From an uncultured Candidatus Saccharibacteria bacterium (GTDB lineage: Bacteria > Patescibacteriota > Doudnabacteria > UBA920), in assembly GCA_964512925.1 (NCBI GenBank), contig CAZEKH010000004.1:2431-66430 (forward strand): 64,000 nucleotides of DNA, written 5' to 3'. Positions 18,795-27,478 of the stretch are shown piece by piece (within the stretch, counting starts at the first letter, position 1; every line of letters starts with the position of its first letter). The notes beneath the pieces were generated by a model, which worked only from the letters and a program-made list of their open reading frames with translations, was not told where the DNA came from and searched no databases. The position numbers and the translations under genes are program-made.

Positions 18795-19512
18795 GAATAA
18801 AATATTAGCTATTGGCGTTTTAATTTTTGTGGTGGGCTTGACGATTGGAATTATTCAATTAGTCGGTGTTGGTATTGATTGGCTAAGGAAAAAATTAGAT
18901 TTGCCGAATACCTCTAATCCTGGAAGCGCACAACTAGCTCCAGGTTTATCTAGCAGTACTCCAGAGCGAGTTCAGCTTTCACAAAATTCTGATTTTGATT
19001 TTTATAATACACTAAATAAAATAGCACTATCTTCTTCTACAGAAAGCTGGGTTAATAAAAATGGAAAAGTGGAAGGGAGAATATATAAAAAATTTATTAG
19101 AGTCGATGGGGATATTTCTAATGCATACTTATTTGTTGAGGTCTCGGTTGATAATAATAAGCCTTTAACTGTTTGGGATAGTATATACGTTTCTTTAAGA
19201 AAGGAAGTTGGTGGTTATTTGTACGAACCTGTTGCTGGTCATTTGTTAAGATCAAAAAGTTTAAATATACCACCTTCTAATACCACGAGGTTGCTGTATG
19301 ATATGCAACAAATACCTTTTACGACTATCCCTTATTCGGATAATAATAATTTTGTAAACAAAAATTGGTTGTCAAATATTCAAACAGCTAAGACTTTTCA
19401 ATTTGAAACTTTCCTGTCTACAAGCAGAAAAGGCGGAAAGATTGTTAATATAAGCATCGGCTATCAATGTGCTCAAGAAACTCCTAATTGTAAACTAGAA
19501 GTAATCCAATAG
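18778..19512 (+). CDS. hypothetical membrane-anchored protein (island cargo)
   Basis: TM anchor, beta-rich remainder; overlaps the previous gene. Confidence 0.65.
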   Translation: MQKDIKNKILAIGVLIFVVGLTIGIIQLVGVGIDWLRKKLDLPNTSNPGSAQLAPGLSSSTPERVQLSQNSDFDFYNTLNKIALSSSTESWVNKNGKVEGRIYKKFIRVDGDISNAYLFVEVSVDNNKPLTVWDSIYVSLRKEVGGYLYEPVAGHLLRSKSLNIPPSNTTRLLYDMQQIPFTTIPYSDNNNFVNKNWLSNIQTAKTFQFETFLSTSRKGGKIVNISIGYQCAQETPNCKLEVIQ

Positions 19513-19525
19513 TTGTTTAAATTTT

Positions 19526-19550
19526 AATAGCCCTTAATCGGGCTATTTTT
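19526..19550. terminator. intrinsic terminator
   Basis: AATAGCCC-TTAATC-GGGCTATTTTT. Confidence 0.7.
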
Positions 19551-19631
19551 ACTACATATTTAGGACGCCAGAAATTCTAAAAATTTCCTCATAAAGTAAG
19601 TTCCACCCATTTTTGAGAATCTCCACCACTG

Positions 19632-19994
19632 CTTCGCCAAGGCTACGAAGTGCAAGCACACCGATAATGCTCGCCATTTGAAAAAGTTAAAACATTAGTA
19701 GCAACGAAGCAGTGCCCTTCGAAGCTTTAAGCGTAGTAGGGCTGTATCTTCTTCGCCAAGGCTACGAAGTGCAAGCACTGCTTATAGATAGGTTTGTTTA
19801 AAAAGTAAGCTTGTAAATTTACGATGCGAAGAAGTGTCCTGCGTAGCTTTAGCGAAGCAGGGCTGTATCTGCTTCTCTTTCACCTTCGCCAAGGCGACGA
19901 AGTGCAAGCACACCGATAATGCTAGCCATTTGAAAAAGTTAAAACATTAGTAGCAACGAAGCAGTGCCCTTCGAAGCTTTAAGCGAAGTAGGGC
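19632..19994. repeat. three ~110-120-bp REP-doublet units upstream of the GIY-YIG gene
   Basis: Units start at 19632, 19751, 19884 with CTTCGCCAAGGC(T/G)ACGAAGTGCAAGCA and end with an inverted relative; units 1 and 3 are nearly identical. Confidence 0.9.
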
Positions 19995-20058
19995 CATAAG
20001 TTTATAAAATGCCCAACTATAAGGTTGGCTTTTTATTTTGGAGTGATATAATTCTTAT

Positions 20059-20298
20059 ATGCACTATACCTACATTCTCCAAAGCCTGCTAGATAAAAGC
20101 CATTATGTCGGCTCAACCCACGATTTAAAATCACGGATTGTTAAACATAACAACGGTGAGGTAACCTATTCAGCAAAAAAACGCCCTTGGAAACTGGTTT
20201 GGTACTGCGCTTTCCCAACAAAAAAGCAAGCAGTTGATTTTGAGCTCTATCTAAAACAAGGTTCAGGCTTTGCCTTTGCAAGAAAACATCTGGTTTAA
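20059..20298 (+). CDS. stand-alone GIY-YIG nuclease
   Basis: MHYTYILQS...HYVGSTHDLKSRIVKHNNG...RPWKLVWY...FELYLKQGSG; extended -10 just before the ATG. Confidence 0.92.
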   Translation: MHYTYILQSLLDKSHYVGSTHDLKSRIVKHNNGEVTYSAKKRPWKLVWYCAFPTKKQAVDFELYLKQGSGFAFARKHLV

Positions 20299-20305
20299 AA
20301 TTAAA

Positions 20306-20399
20306 AAAGCTCCTTACCCCTTTTGTTTTTCCCAACGAGTCATATCTCGAAAGGGATATGGGTTCCGCAAGGGATCGGCTGGCGTGGGGCTTTGTGTTT
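20306..20399 (+). ncRNA. putative structured RNA/leader, copy B
   Basis: GAGTCATATCTC-GAAA-GGGATATG, GGTTCC-GCAA-GGGATC, GGCTGGCGTGGGGCTTTGTGTTT; homologous to 17709-17767. Confidence 0.45.
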
Positions 20400-20433
20400 C
20401 TGCGCCGGCTTCTATCATTAAAAGAAATTTTAT

Positions 20434-20649
20434 ATGTTCGCGAAAAACAAGCTGCCGGTATTAGCAATAGCAATCTACACGTTTTTTAACCTTAAAGCGG
20501 TTTTGGGAATTATCTTCACTAAAGGTTGGTGGATGTTAGTTTTCACTACCAGTAATAATAGCGCGAGCACACTGACGCTAGGGGTAGTACTAGGATTATT
20601 CCTAAATGTTGGGGTCATACTGTATTTTTGGAAAAATATCAAAGTCTAA
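20434..20649 (+). CDS. small membrane protein
   Basis: 71 aa with two hydrophobic segments, followed by terminator 20662-20694. Confidence 0.45.
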   Translation: MFAKNKLPVLAIAIYTFFNLKAVLGIIFTKGWWMLVFTTSNNSASTLTLGVVLGLFLNVGVILYFWKNIKV

Positions 20650-20784
20650 GTACGGATATTAAAAATGTCAGGGGTATAATTCCCTGACATTTTTGTTAAA
20701 TGAGGCAAAAATATGAGGAGTGTTCCTGTAATTTTTCTCCCTAATATGTTATGATTTTAGTGAAAATACAGTATTCCAATCACT

Positions 20785-23469
20785 ATGTGCCTATTTTCTA
20801 CCCTTGAAGAATTAAAGAATGAAAGTGACGTAGAACAAAAGCTGGTTCTGCCTATACTAACAAGCCAGCCGCCTTTAGGTTTGGGTTTTTTAGTATCTGA
20901 TTTTAGAACCAAACCCGATATCAGACAAATTCAGATAGGAAAAGGATCAAGTTCAAAATTATACTTTCCTGACTATGTCGTTATAATGCAAGGCTTACCA
21001 CTTATGATAATCGAAGTGAAAAGACCTGGGGAAGACCTAAATGAAGCACTTAAAGAAGCTCGATTATATGCGTCAGAATTAAACGCCGAATACCCTGCTA
21101 AAATAAATCCGTGTTATAAAGTGGTTGTTACGAATGGGGAAAAAATTATATGCGCTGATTGGGATTCTAGTATTCCAGAATTAACTATTGAGTTTAAGGA
21201 TATAAATACCTCCAGCAAACCTTACGCTCAACTTATCTCTATACTATCGAGGGTAAGCATTTTTACCTTTGGCGAACAGATATACAAAAGAGTTAGAGGT
21301 AATAGAAAATTTCATAAGCCTACATTATCACTGGGTGGGAACTCTGTGCAGCATCAAGAGTTAGAACAAAATACTTTTGGGACATCCCTTGCTTTGGATT
21401 ACAGGCATATTTTTAACCCCACTACTTTAGAGGATCGAAAAAATATTGTTCAGCATGCCTACGTGCCATCAAAAAAAAGATTAAAACATGTTCAACCAAT
21501 TGATAGGATAATTAGGGCTGCGAAGCCTCCCAGCATAACAGACGCAAGGGCAATAAGCAGTACTGAAAATCCAAAAGAAATATACGATCAACTAAAAAAT
21601 AATAAATCTTTAATTGGCGAAATTTTACTTTTAATAGGGAGTGTCGGTTCAGGTAAAACAACTTTTATTGATTATTTAAGGGAGGTGGCCTTACCTCAAA
21701 ATTTGAAGAGAGATACAGAATGGGTCTTAATTGATTTGAATGATGCCCCTTTAGCAAAAGAAGAAATTTACAAATGGGTAAAAATTAAGATGATCGAGGG
21801 GCTCAAAGAAGCTCATCCTGATATTGATTTCGACGAACTTTCAACTCTAAAAAAGATTTTTTCAGTAGAACTAGCTAAGGTCGAGAAAGGAACGGCGGCT
21901 TTATTTGAAAAAGATTCAATTCAACATAAAGAACTTTTAGCAAATAAGCTTTCTTCTCTACAAGAAGATAATGACGCTATTCTAAAATATCTTATTAAAT
22001 ATCTTTGTGAAAGTCAGAACAGACTGCTTATAACTGTTTTGGATAACTGTGATAAACGCAATAGAGAAGATCAATTGCTAATGTTTGATCTTGCGAAATG
22101 GCTTCAAAAAGAATACGCGAGTTTAATTTTTCTCCCGTTACGGGATGTTACTTATGATCACCATAGAAAAGAACCACCACTTGATACTGCAATAAAGGAT
22201 TTGGTTTTTAGAATTGACCCTCCTACTTTTGCGGAAGTCATTTACAAACGTGTAAAATATGCTTTAAGAAACGCGCCTAATACCCTCTATTACAGCTTAC
22301 CTAATGGCATGACTGTCGCTTATAATAAAGAAGAACGTGAAACGTATTTAGCGTGTATACTTCGTTCATTATTTCAAAATGATATCTTTTTTAAGAGGTT
22401 GGTGGCAGGGCTTGCGGGTCGTAATATAAGAAAAGGGATAGAGTTATTCTTAGATTTTTGTAAAAGTGGCCATATTAGTGAATCAGAAATTCTAAAAATG
22501 AGACATTCAAAAGGCGACCACCTAATCCCACCTCATTTAGTCACAAGGGTTTTATTCCGAGGGAATCGAAGATATTATAACGATGTTAATTCAAATGTAA
22601 AAAATTTATTTACTTCCGAACCAAAGGATGTGATTCCAGATCCATACTCACGTCTTGCTATTTTACGTTGGCTCTCAAATAAATTTAAGGTCCGCGGCCC
22701 TAATGGCGTAATGGGCTACCATAAAGTATCTGAATTGATAAAACAGCTCGTCCCACTTGGACATAATGATGATAGAATCAGAGTTGAAATAAAAAATCTG
22801 GTTACCGCAGGGTGCGTCAGTACAGAATCACAGGATGATATTGAGGAAAACAACATTACAATAGATGACGAAGATTTAATAACAATTGCACCCGCAGGTC
22901 ACATACACTTAGAACTATTATCTAATTTAGATTATCTTTCATCCTGCTCCGAAGATTTATGGTACAGCGAGCAAGAATTAGCAGAAAAAATTTCTAAAAG
23001 GTTAATCGGTGGCGGGACTACGGGACACCTTTCCTTGCGTGCGTCTTATGAAAATGCTAAGGATATGGTTGATTATTTAATGAGATATAAGGGGCATGTG
23101 CTATCGAAGCCAGAATTATATCTTGCTAATAATTCTTTTGAACATCTTACAGACTTTACTCAAAGTCTCAAGGCCATCGAAAAATCACAAAGGAATCTTC
23201 ATGTAGAGCCTGGGTCTGATAAATTAAAACTACTATACCCAAACGGTACTACAATGGAAGCTCAAGTTGTTTCTATTCAAACATATGGGATTTTTGTTGA
23301 GTTTGGCTTACACGCTACAGGCTTAATCCGTTTTGATAAAACGGCAAAAGTTGAAAAACCCGGAAGCCTTCTCTACGAAGATGTAGAAACTGGTGACTGG
23401 GTTAAAATTGAAGTTATAAATTATAATGAGTACCATAAAAAGTTTGATGTTAAAATTTTAAGTGAATAA
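20785..23469 (+). CDS. HsdR_N-like PD-(D/E)xK nuclease + P-loop NTPase + C-terminal S1/OB domain; candidate defence protein
   Basis: NESDVEQKLV...PDYVV...IIEVK...ARLYA...VVTNG; Walker A GSVGSGKTT, Walker B ITVLDNCD; C-terminal GTTMEAQVVSIQTYGIFVEFG...GLI...GDWVKIEVI. Confidence 0.75.
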   Translation: MCLFSTLEELKNESDVEQKLVLPILTSQPPLGLGFLVSDFRTKPDIRQIQIGKGSSSKLYFPDYVVIMQGLPLMIIEVKRPGEDLNEALKEARLYASELNAEYPAKINPCYKVVVTNGEKIICADWDSSIPELTIEFKDINTSSKPYAQLISILSRVSIFTFGEQIYKRVRGNRKFHKPTLSLGGNSVQHQELEQNTFGTSLALDYRHIFNPTTLEDRKNIVQHAYVPSKKRLKHVQPIDRIIRAAKPPSITDARAISSTENPKEIYDQLKNNKSLIGEILLLIGSVGSGKTTFIDYLREVALPQNLKRDTEWVLIDLNDAPLAKEEIYKWVKIKMIEGLKEAHPDIDFDELSTLKKIFSVELAKVEKGTAALFEKDSIQHKELLANKLSSLQEDNDAILKYLIKYLCESQNRLLITVLDNCDKRNREDQLLMFDLAKWLQKEYASLIFLPLRDVTYDHHRKEPPLDTAIKDLVFRIDPPTFAEVIYKRVKYALRNAPNTLYYSLPNGMTVAYNKEERETYLACILRSLFQNDIFFKRLVAGLAGRNIRKGIELFLDFCKSGHISESEILKMRHSKGDHLIPPHLVTRVLFRGNRRYYNDVNSNVKNLFTSEPKDVIPDPYSRLAILRWLSNKFKVRGPNGVMGYHKVSELIKQLVPLGHNDDRIRVEIKNLVTAGCVSTESQDDIEENNITIDDEDLITIAPAGHIHLELLSNLDYLSSCSEDLWYSEQELAEKISKRLIGGGTTGHLSLRASYENAKDMVDYLMRYKGHVLSKPELYLANNSFEHLTDFTQSLKAIEKSQRNLHVEPGSDKLKLLYPNGTTMEAQVVSIQTYGIFVEFGLHATGLIRFDKTAKVEKPGSLLYEDVETGDWVKIEVINYNEYHKKFDVKILSE

Positions 23470-23561
23470 AAGTACAGAAATATTTAACCTGTGTAAAACT
23501 CATTTTGTGATTTAGGGTATAATGAAAACAGGGCAATAGCCCTGCCTTTCGTTAAAATCCC

Positions 23562-23774
23562 TTAGCTACCTGTTATCAGGTCGTTGAGGGATTTTATATT
23601 ATGTTCCTCAAGATAAGTCCCGAGGTGCATATCGTCCCGAACACCCAGGTCGATTCCATATTGTTTCTCAATAGTCCCAATATGGGTATCGTCCCGCTTA
23701 TCGCGGAGTTGTCCGTTCTCGTTTCGAGAACGACAACCGCGCATGCCGGCAGCGTCATTATAGCATTTAGCCAT
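23562..23774 (-). CDS. small hypothetical protein (RSRNENGQLRDKRDDTH type)
   Basis: AAGGAAAGG SD before ATG 23774; 70 aa. Confidence 0.65.
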   Translation of the reverse strand: MAKCYNDAAGMRGCRSRNENGQLRDKRDDTHIGTIEKQYGIDLGVRDDMHLGTYLEEHNIKSLNDLITGS

Positions 23775-24017
23775 AACTTGCCCTTTCCTTAATTGGAAGG
23801 CGACTAAATCCTTCTGGCCGTAATTCGACCAAGCCCGTAGAAGTCGATCCGTAACAGGAAGGAGTTTAGTATTATGGCAAAGGCTATGCCCTGTTTCCAC
23901 TTTTTGAATAACAATGGGGACATGACCCATTGTTATTTTTGATATATTTTCAATAAAAATTTATAAACGAAAAGCCGCCGAGGTTGTACCCGGCGGCGTT
24001 TTGGTCGTGGCATCCTC

Positions 24018-24380
24018 CTATTTCCACAAACCGTCGTAGTACTTGTCAGCGATTACCCATAAGCGGTATAGGTAGGTTACCCCAGAAACCAGCAAAATGT
24101 ATGACATTATCTTTTCCATTCCCCCCAGAAGCTCCGTAGGTGGGAGGAAAATCAGCATGAAGGCGACCCATCCCGAACTAAGATTGATGATCCTGGCGCG
24201 GTAAACGCCAAGCCTCTCGAAGACTGTCTTGGTTTCCGAAAGGCAATACACTGTCAACGACGAGAACAGTGTCAGCCAAACCGCCGTTTTCATATTTCCG
24301 TAGCGTTCAGTGACGCTATAGATTGCGAAATACAGGCCTAGAGCTGTCACGGCCTGCAAAAATGTACTTACGAATTTCAT
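24018..24380 (-). CDS. hypothetical 4-TM membrane protein
   Basis: GGAGG SD, TTGACA promoter upstream, terminator 23970-24002 downstream. Confidence 0.6.
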   Translation of the reverse strand: MKFVSTFLQAVTALGLYFAIYSVTERYGNMKTAVWLTLFSSLTVYCLSETKTVFERLGVYRARIINLSSGWVAFMLIFLPPTELLGGMEKIMSYILLVSGVTYLYRLWVIADKYYDGLWK

Positions 24381-24607
24381 TTGTTTCCTCCCGCCAAGGT
24401 TTCCGAACAAATCAAAATACCACTATTTAGTGGAGTTTGTCAATCTTTTTTTAAAAGATAATTTACAAGATTTCGAATTCTAAACTTCGTTAAAGCTATG
24501 GCTTGCGAGGCAAGTTCGGAATGACACTGAATCTAATGGAAAAAAAATTACCAAAACACCCCGACCTAAGTCGGGGTGTTTTGGTTTTGATAATTAAAAT
24601 AAAGTAT

Positions 24608-24835
24608 TTAGTGTATTGGCGGGCCGTCTGGTTCGTTTCGTCCTTCGGTGACTACAAAGCTCACGCAGTCGCCTTGGTTTTTGAACATCTGGCCGTAGTT
24701 TCTCCAACCGTCTTTTTTACACTGCTGAGCTTCAGTCGGGAAAGTCGGGGGAACCACAGCGGCAAAAGCCAAGCTGGAAAAAGCCATCAAACCTGCAGAA
24801 GCGGCAGCTCCAACCGCAATTTTAAATTTATTCAT
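24608..24835 (-). CDS. small secreted protein with a CKKDGW...FKNQGDCVSF module
   Basis: Signal peptide plus two-Cys module; terminator 24553-24582. Confidence 0.7.
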   Translation of the reverse strand: MNKFKIAVGAAASAGLMAFSSLAFAAVVPPTFPTEAQQCKKDGWRNYGQMFKNQGDCVSFVVTEGRNEPDGPPIH

Positions 24836-24891
24836 ATGATTTTATTTTTTTGTTTCTAAAAATTTTCGACCTTTTAGGTATTATATCACAA

Positions 24892-25275
24892 TCAATTATA
24901 TCTTTTGTATATATAGTTTACTTGAGTACTTAAATCAATGCCAAAAGATTCGGAAGATAGACTGAAACTTCCAGGTTCTCCCGGAGATTCGTTGTCTGAG
25001 CCTTTTGGCGTAAGTTGAGTTTTAGGATTGGTTAAAGATACTTCGTTAGTTCTTTGCATTCTTATAGCAGCTTTAGCTAATTCTTTAGGAGTAACTGTTT
25101 GATCCGCCAACTGTATACTAATAAGTATTTGTCCAAATGTCTGAGTTTTTTTTTCTATTAAAAAATGTCTGATAGCTTGTTCCAATAACACCTCTTCTGA
25201 TACTTCAGGCAAATTTAAAAGTTCCCTCAGCGCCCCATATTTATATTGTGGTTCTTTAAAAAATTCTCTAGCCAT
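24892..25275 (-). CDS. hypothetical protein
   Basis: 127-aa ORF coupled to the upstream phosphatase. Confidence 0.5.
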   Translation of the reverse strand: MAREFFKEPQYKYGALRELLNLPEVSEEVLLEQAIRHFLIEKKTQTFGQILISIQLADQTVTPKELAKAAIRMQRTNEVSLTNPKTQLTPKGSDNESPGEPGSFSLSSESFGIDLSTQVNYIYKRYN

Positions 25276-25907
25276 TATTTTAAAAGCGATTTAATGTTCT
25301 TTTTTACGCCGTCCGTGATGGTCCACTCGTAGATGTCCGTGTTGCCGATATCCTTTTTTTTGGTCATATGGTCGGTATGGTAAATGCGGATGATTTCCGG
25401 GAAATGGAAAAGCAAAAGCCTTAAGGGACCTGCGTGCGTAACAACGCCGATATTGTTGTTAGCGTAGTTTTCCGCCATATCCCAAACGCAGGACAAAAGC
25501 CTTTCCCGAACCTGAGCAACAGTTTCTCCGCCAAAAGGCGTATAGTCATAGGTCTGCATTATATCCATCCTACGGAAGTCGGGCAAGACTTTTTCTATTT
25601 CGCTTTGGGTTTTGCCGGACAAAGAGCCGAAGTCTCGCTCTTCCAAACGATGGTCTATAAAAACCGGAATAGGGGACTTTAAATGCTTGTTGATCAAAGC
25701 TGCGGTTTGTTCGCTTCTAAAAAGCTGGGAAGAAAACATCAAATCCAAATTTAACGGCAAAATTTGCGGGATGGCTTCTTCCAGCTGGCGGATGCCAAGC
25801 GTGTCTAAATACTCGTTAACACGAACGCCTTGCTCAATGCCCAGGCGGTTGGCCGGGGTTTGTCCGTGGCGGATGAAATAAATTGTGGTTTGCGATCTTA
25901 AATTCAA
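25275..25907 (-). CDS. histidine phosphatase (phosphoglycerate mutase) family
   Basis: IYFIRHGQT, SSQLFRSEQTA, RLEERDFG, GGET, VVTHAG. Confidence 0.9.
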   Translation of the reverse strand: MNLRSQTTIYFIRHGQTPANRLGIEQGVRVNEYLDTLGIRQLEEAIPQILPLNLDLMFSSQLFRSEQTAALINKHLKSPIPVFIDHRLEERDFGSLSGKTQSEIEKVLPDFRRMDIMQTYDYTPFGGETVAQVRERLLSCVWDMAENYANNNIGVVTHAGPLRLLLFHFPEIIRIYHTDHMTKKKDIGNTDIYEWTITDGVKKNIKSLLK

Positions 25908-25982
25908 AGGCTAAATAGTTAGAAATTTTAGGGCAGACTTTTAAAACCTCCTCCCAGCCTTAGGCAAAAGAGGAGGCTTAGA

Positions 25983-26381
25983 CTATTTTTTTGTGGTTTT
26001 TTTGCTTTTGGCCTTGGTCTTGGCTTTCGGTTTGGTTGCGGTTTTTTCTGAAACGTATTTTTTAACGTGTTTTTCTATGTTTTGCCACTGGCCTTTGAGG
26101 TCTTTGGCGACTTCTTTGGCTTTGGGGGTAAAATCCGCTTCCACTTTTTCATATTTTTTTAAAACATCTGAAACGGTTTTTTCAAAACTGTCTTTGGAAA
26201 TGCCTTTTAGCTTTGCCAGTTCTTTAACCACTTCTTTTTTTGCATCTTCAATCAGCTTGGCGGTTTTAGTCCTGGCTGATTTGGCTTTAGGAGAAGTAAA
26301 AAAGAAATACGCTCCTGCCGCCGCTGCTGCCATCGCCGCCATACCCGCTGCTGTTTTTGCGCCTTGGTGTTTTTGTGCCAT
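25983..26381 (-). CDS. YtxH-like hypothetical protein with Lys-rich tail
   Basis: AAAAAGAYFFFTSPKAK followed by a helical region. Confidence 0.65.
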   Translation of the reverse strand: MAQKHQGAKTAAGMAAMAAAAAGAYFFFTSPKAKSARTKTAKLIEDAKKEVVKELAKLKGISKDSFEKTVSDVLKKYEKVEADFTPKAKEVAKDLKGQWQNIEKHVKKYVSEKTATKPKAKTKAKSKKTTKK

Positions 26382-26400
26382 AATTTTTCCTTTCGTGGAG

Positions 26401-26673
26401 TTATTTTTTTTCTTTTTTTGTTTTACCCTGGACAAAAGAAAAGAAGGAGGCCAGGTCTTTTACCCTTTGCCCTTGGCCTTTGATGTTTTCCCTGAGATTT
26501 CCTACATCTTCCACTATCTTGTCCGCTTCAGCCTTAGCTTTTTGGGAGATGTATTTTAAGTCCCGACTGATTTTAACCAGATAATACAAAAGAACAGCCA
26601 AAAATAAAGTTAAAATTATTGTGGCAACCGAAGTGATGAAAAAAAAGATATCAGATTTTGCTATTGTTTCCAT
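26401..26673 (-). CDS. small membrane protein
   Basis: DIFFFITSVAT TM helix plus coiled coil. Confidence 0.65.
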   Translation of the reverse strand: METIAKSDIFFFITSVATIILTLFLAVLLYYLVKISRDLKYISQKAKAEADKIVEDVGNLRENIKGQGQRVKDLASFFSFVQGKTKKEKK

Positions 26674-26757
26674 ATATCTATTATAGCATGACTTTAGTGG
26701 GTAATAAAAACTATGTATTACGGTGCATAATACATAATACTTTATACAATATACTGA

Positions 26758-27306
26758 TTAGTTATTCCCATAAATTCTAAAAAGTTCCAAAAGTACATTT
26801 TCATATTGTTTGCGGATGCTTTCATCTTGTCCGACTTCCAAAACCTCGTCGTTGAGGTTGGTGGCAGCGGAAGTCCAGTTAAAACTGCCTGAAGCGTAAG
26901 CTTTTTCCGTAACTACCGTTTTTAAGTGCATAATAGAAGTATGATCCTGTGTATAAACCGGGATGCCGGCATCTTTAAGTTCTTTAACAATCTTTCCTTG
27001 GAGTTCGGTTTTTGCCATCTGGTCGCGGTCAGTGATGCCAATGACAGTAAGTCCCCGGTGTTTAGCTGCTAAAAGCGCGTCTTTGATGTCAGAACGGGTG
27101 AAGGTATAAACCGCAAAATACACAAACCGGTCCGCATCGCGGATGAGGGAAATCAACTCTTTGTTAAGGGGTCGGTTTTGGTTGTAGTAAACTTTAACTT
27201 CGCGCTCCTCCGCGGGAATATATTTATAGGAATAAAAAAATTGCGCGCAAAGCGCGATGAGTAGGACGATGACAAGTATGTATATTTTTTCTCTAGTGGG
27301 GGTCAT
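26758..27306 (-). CDS. phospholipase D-like (Nuc-type) protein
   Basis: AVYTFT, MHLKTVVTE (HxK), SGSFNWTSAATNLNDE; TM anchor. Confidence 0.85.
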   Translation of the reverse strand: MTPTREKIYILVIVLLIALCAQFFYSYKYIPAEEREVKVYYNQNRPLNKELISLIRDADRFVYFAVYTFTRSDIKDALLAAKHRGLTVIGITDRDQMAKTELQGKIVKELKDAGIPVYTQDHTSIMHLKTVVTEKAYASGSFNWTSAATNLNDEVLEVGQDESIRKQYENVLLELFRIYGNN

Positions 27307-27478
27307 TTAGAATTATTAGTAAATTAGAAATTAGAAATTAGAATAATTTCCTCTAAAACTTTGTCATTCCCGCGGATCCGCCAACTGGCGGAGGGAATCT
27401 AGTTAACAAAATTAAAGTTTAATTTAGAGGTAAATGAGGTAATTGCCTGCCCGAATGCCAAGCAAAGCCTTGCAGAAA

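Larger units (their letters stand above)
13756..19628. mobile_element. ssrA-integrated element (serine recombinase + rolling-circle Rep)
   Basis: Direct repeat ATCTCCACCA at 13756-13765 and 19619-19628; recombinase adjacent to attL; HUH Rep and nick site inside; AT-rich cargo. Confidence 0.88.

Noticed and set aside
13766-19628. Inovirus/prophage call for the island
   Set aside because: No Zot-like ATPase, coat, capsid or terminase gene recognisable.
19632-19994. CRISPR array
   Set aside because: Only three units, each with two inverted palindromes; spacers 1 and 3 are duplicates; no cas genes. Reported as a REP-like array.
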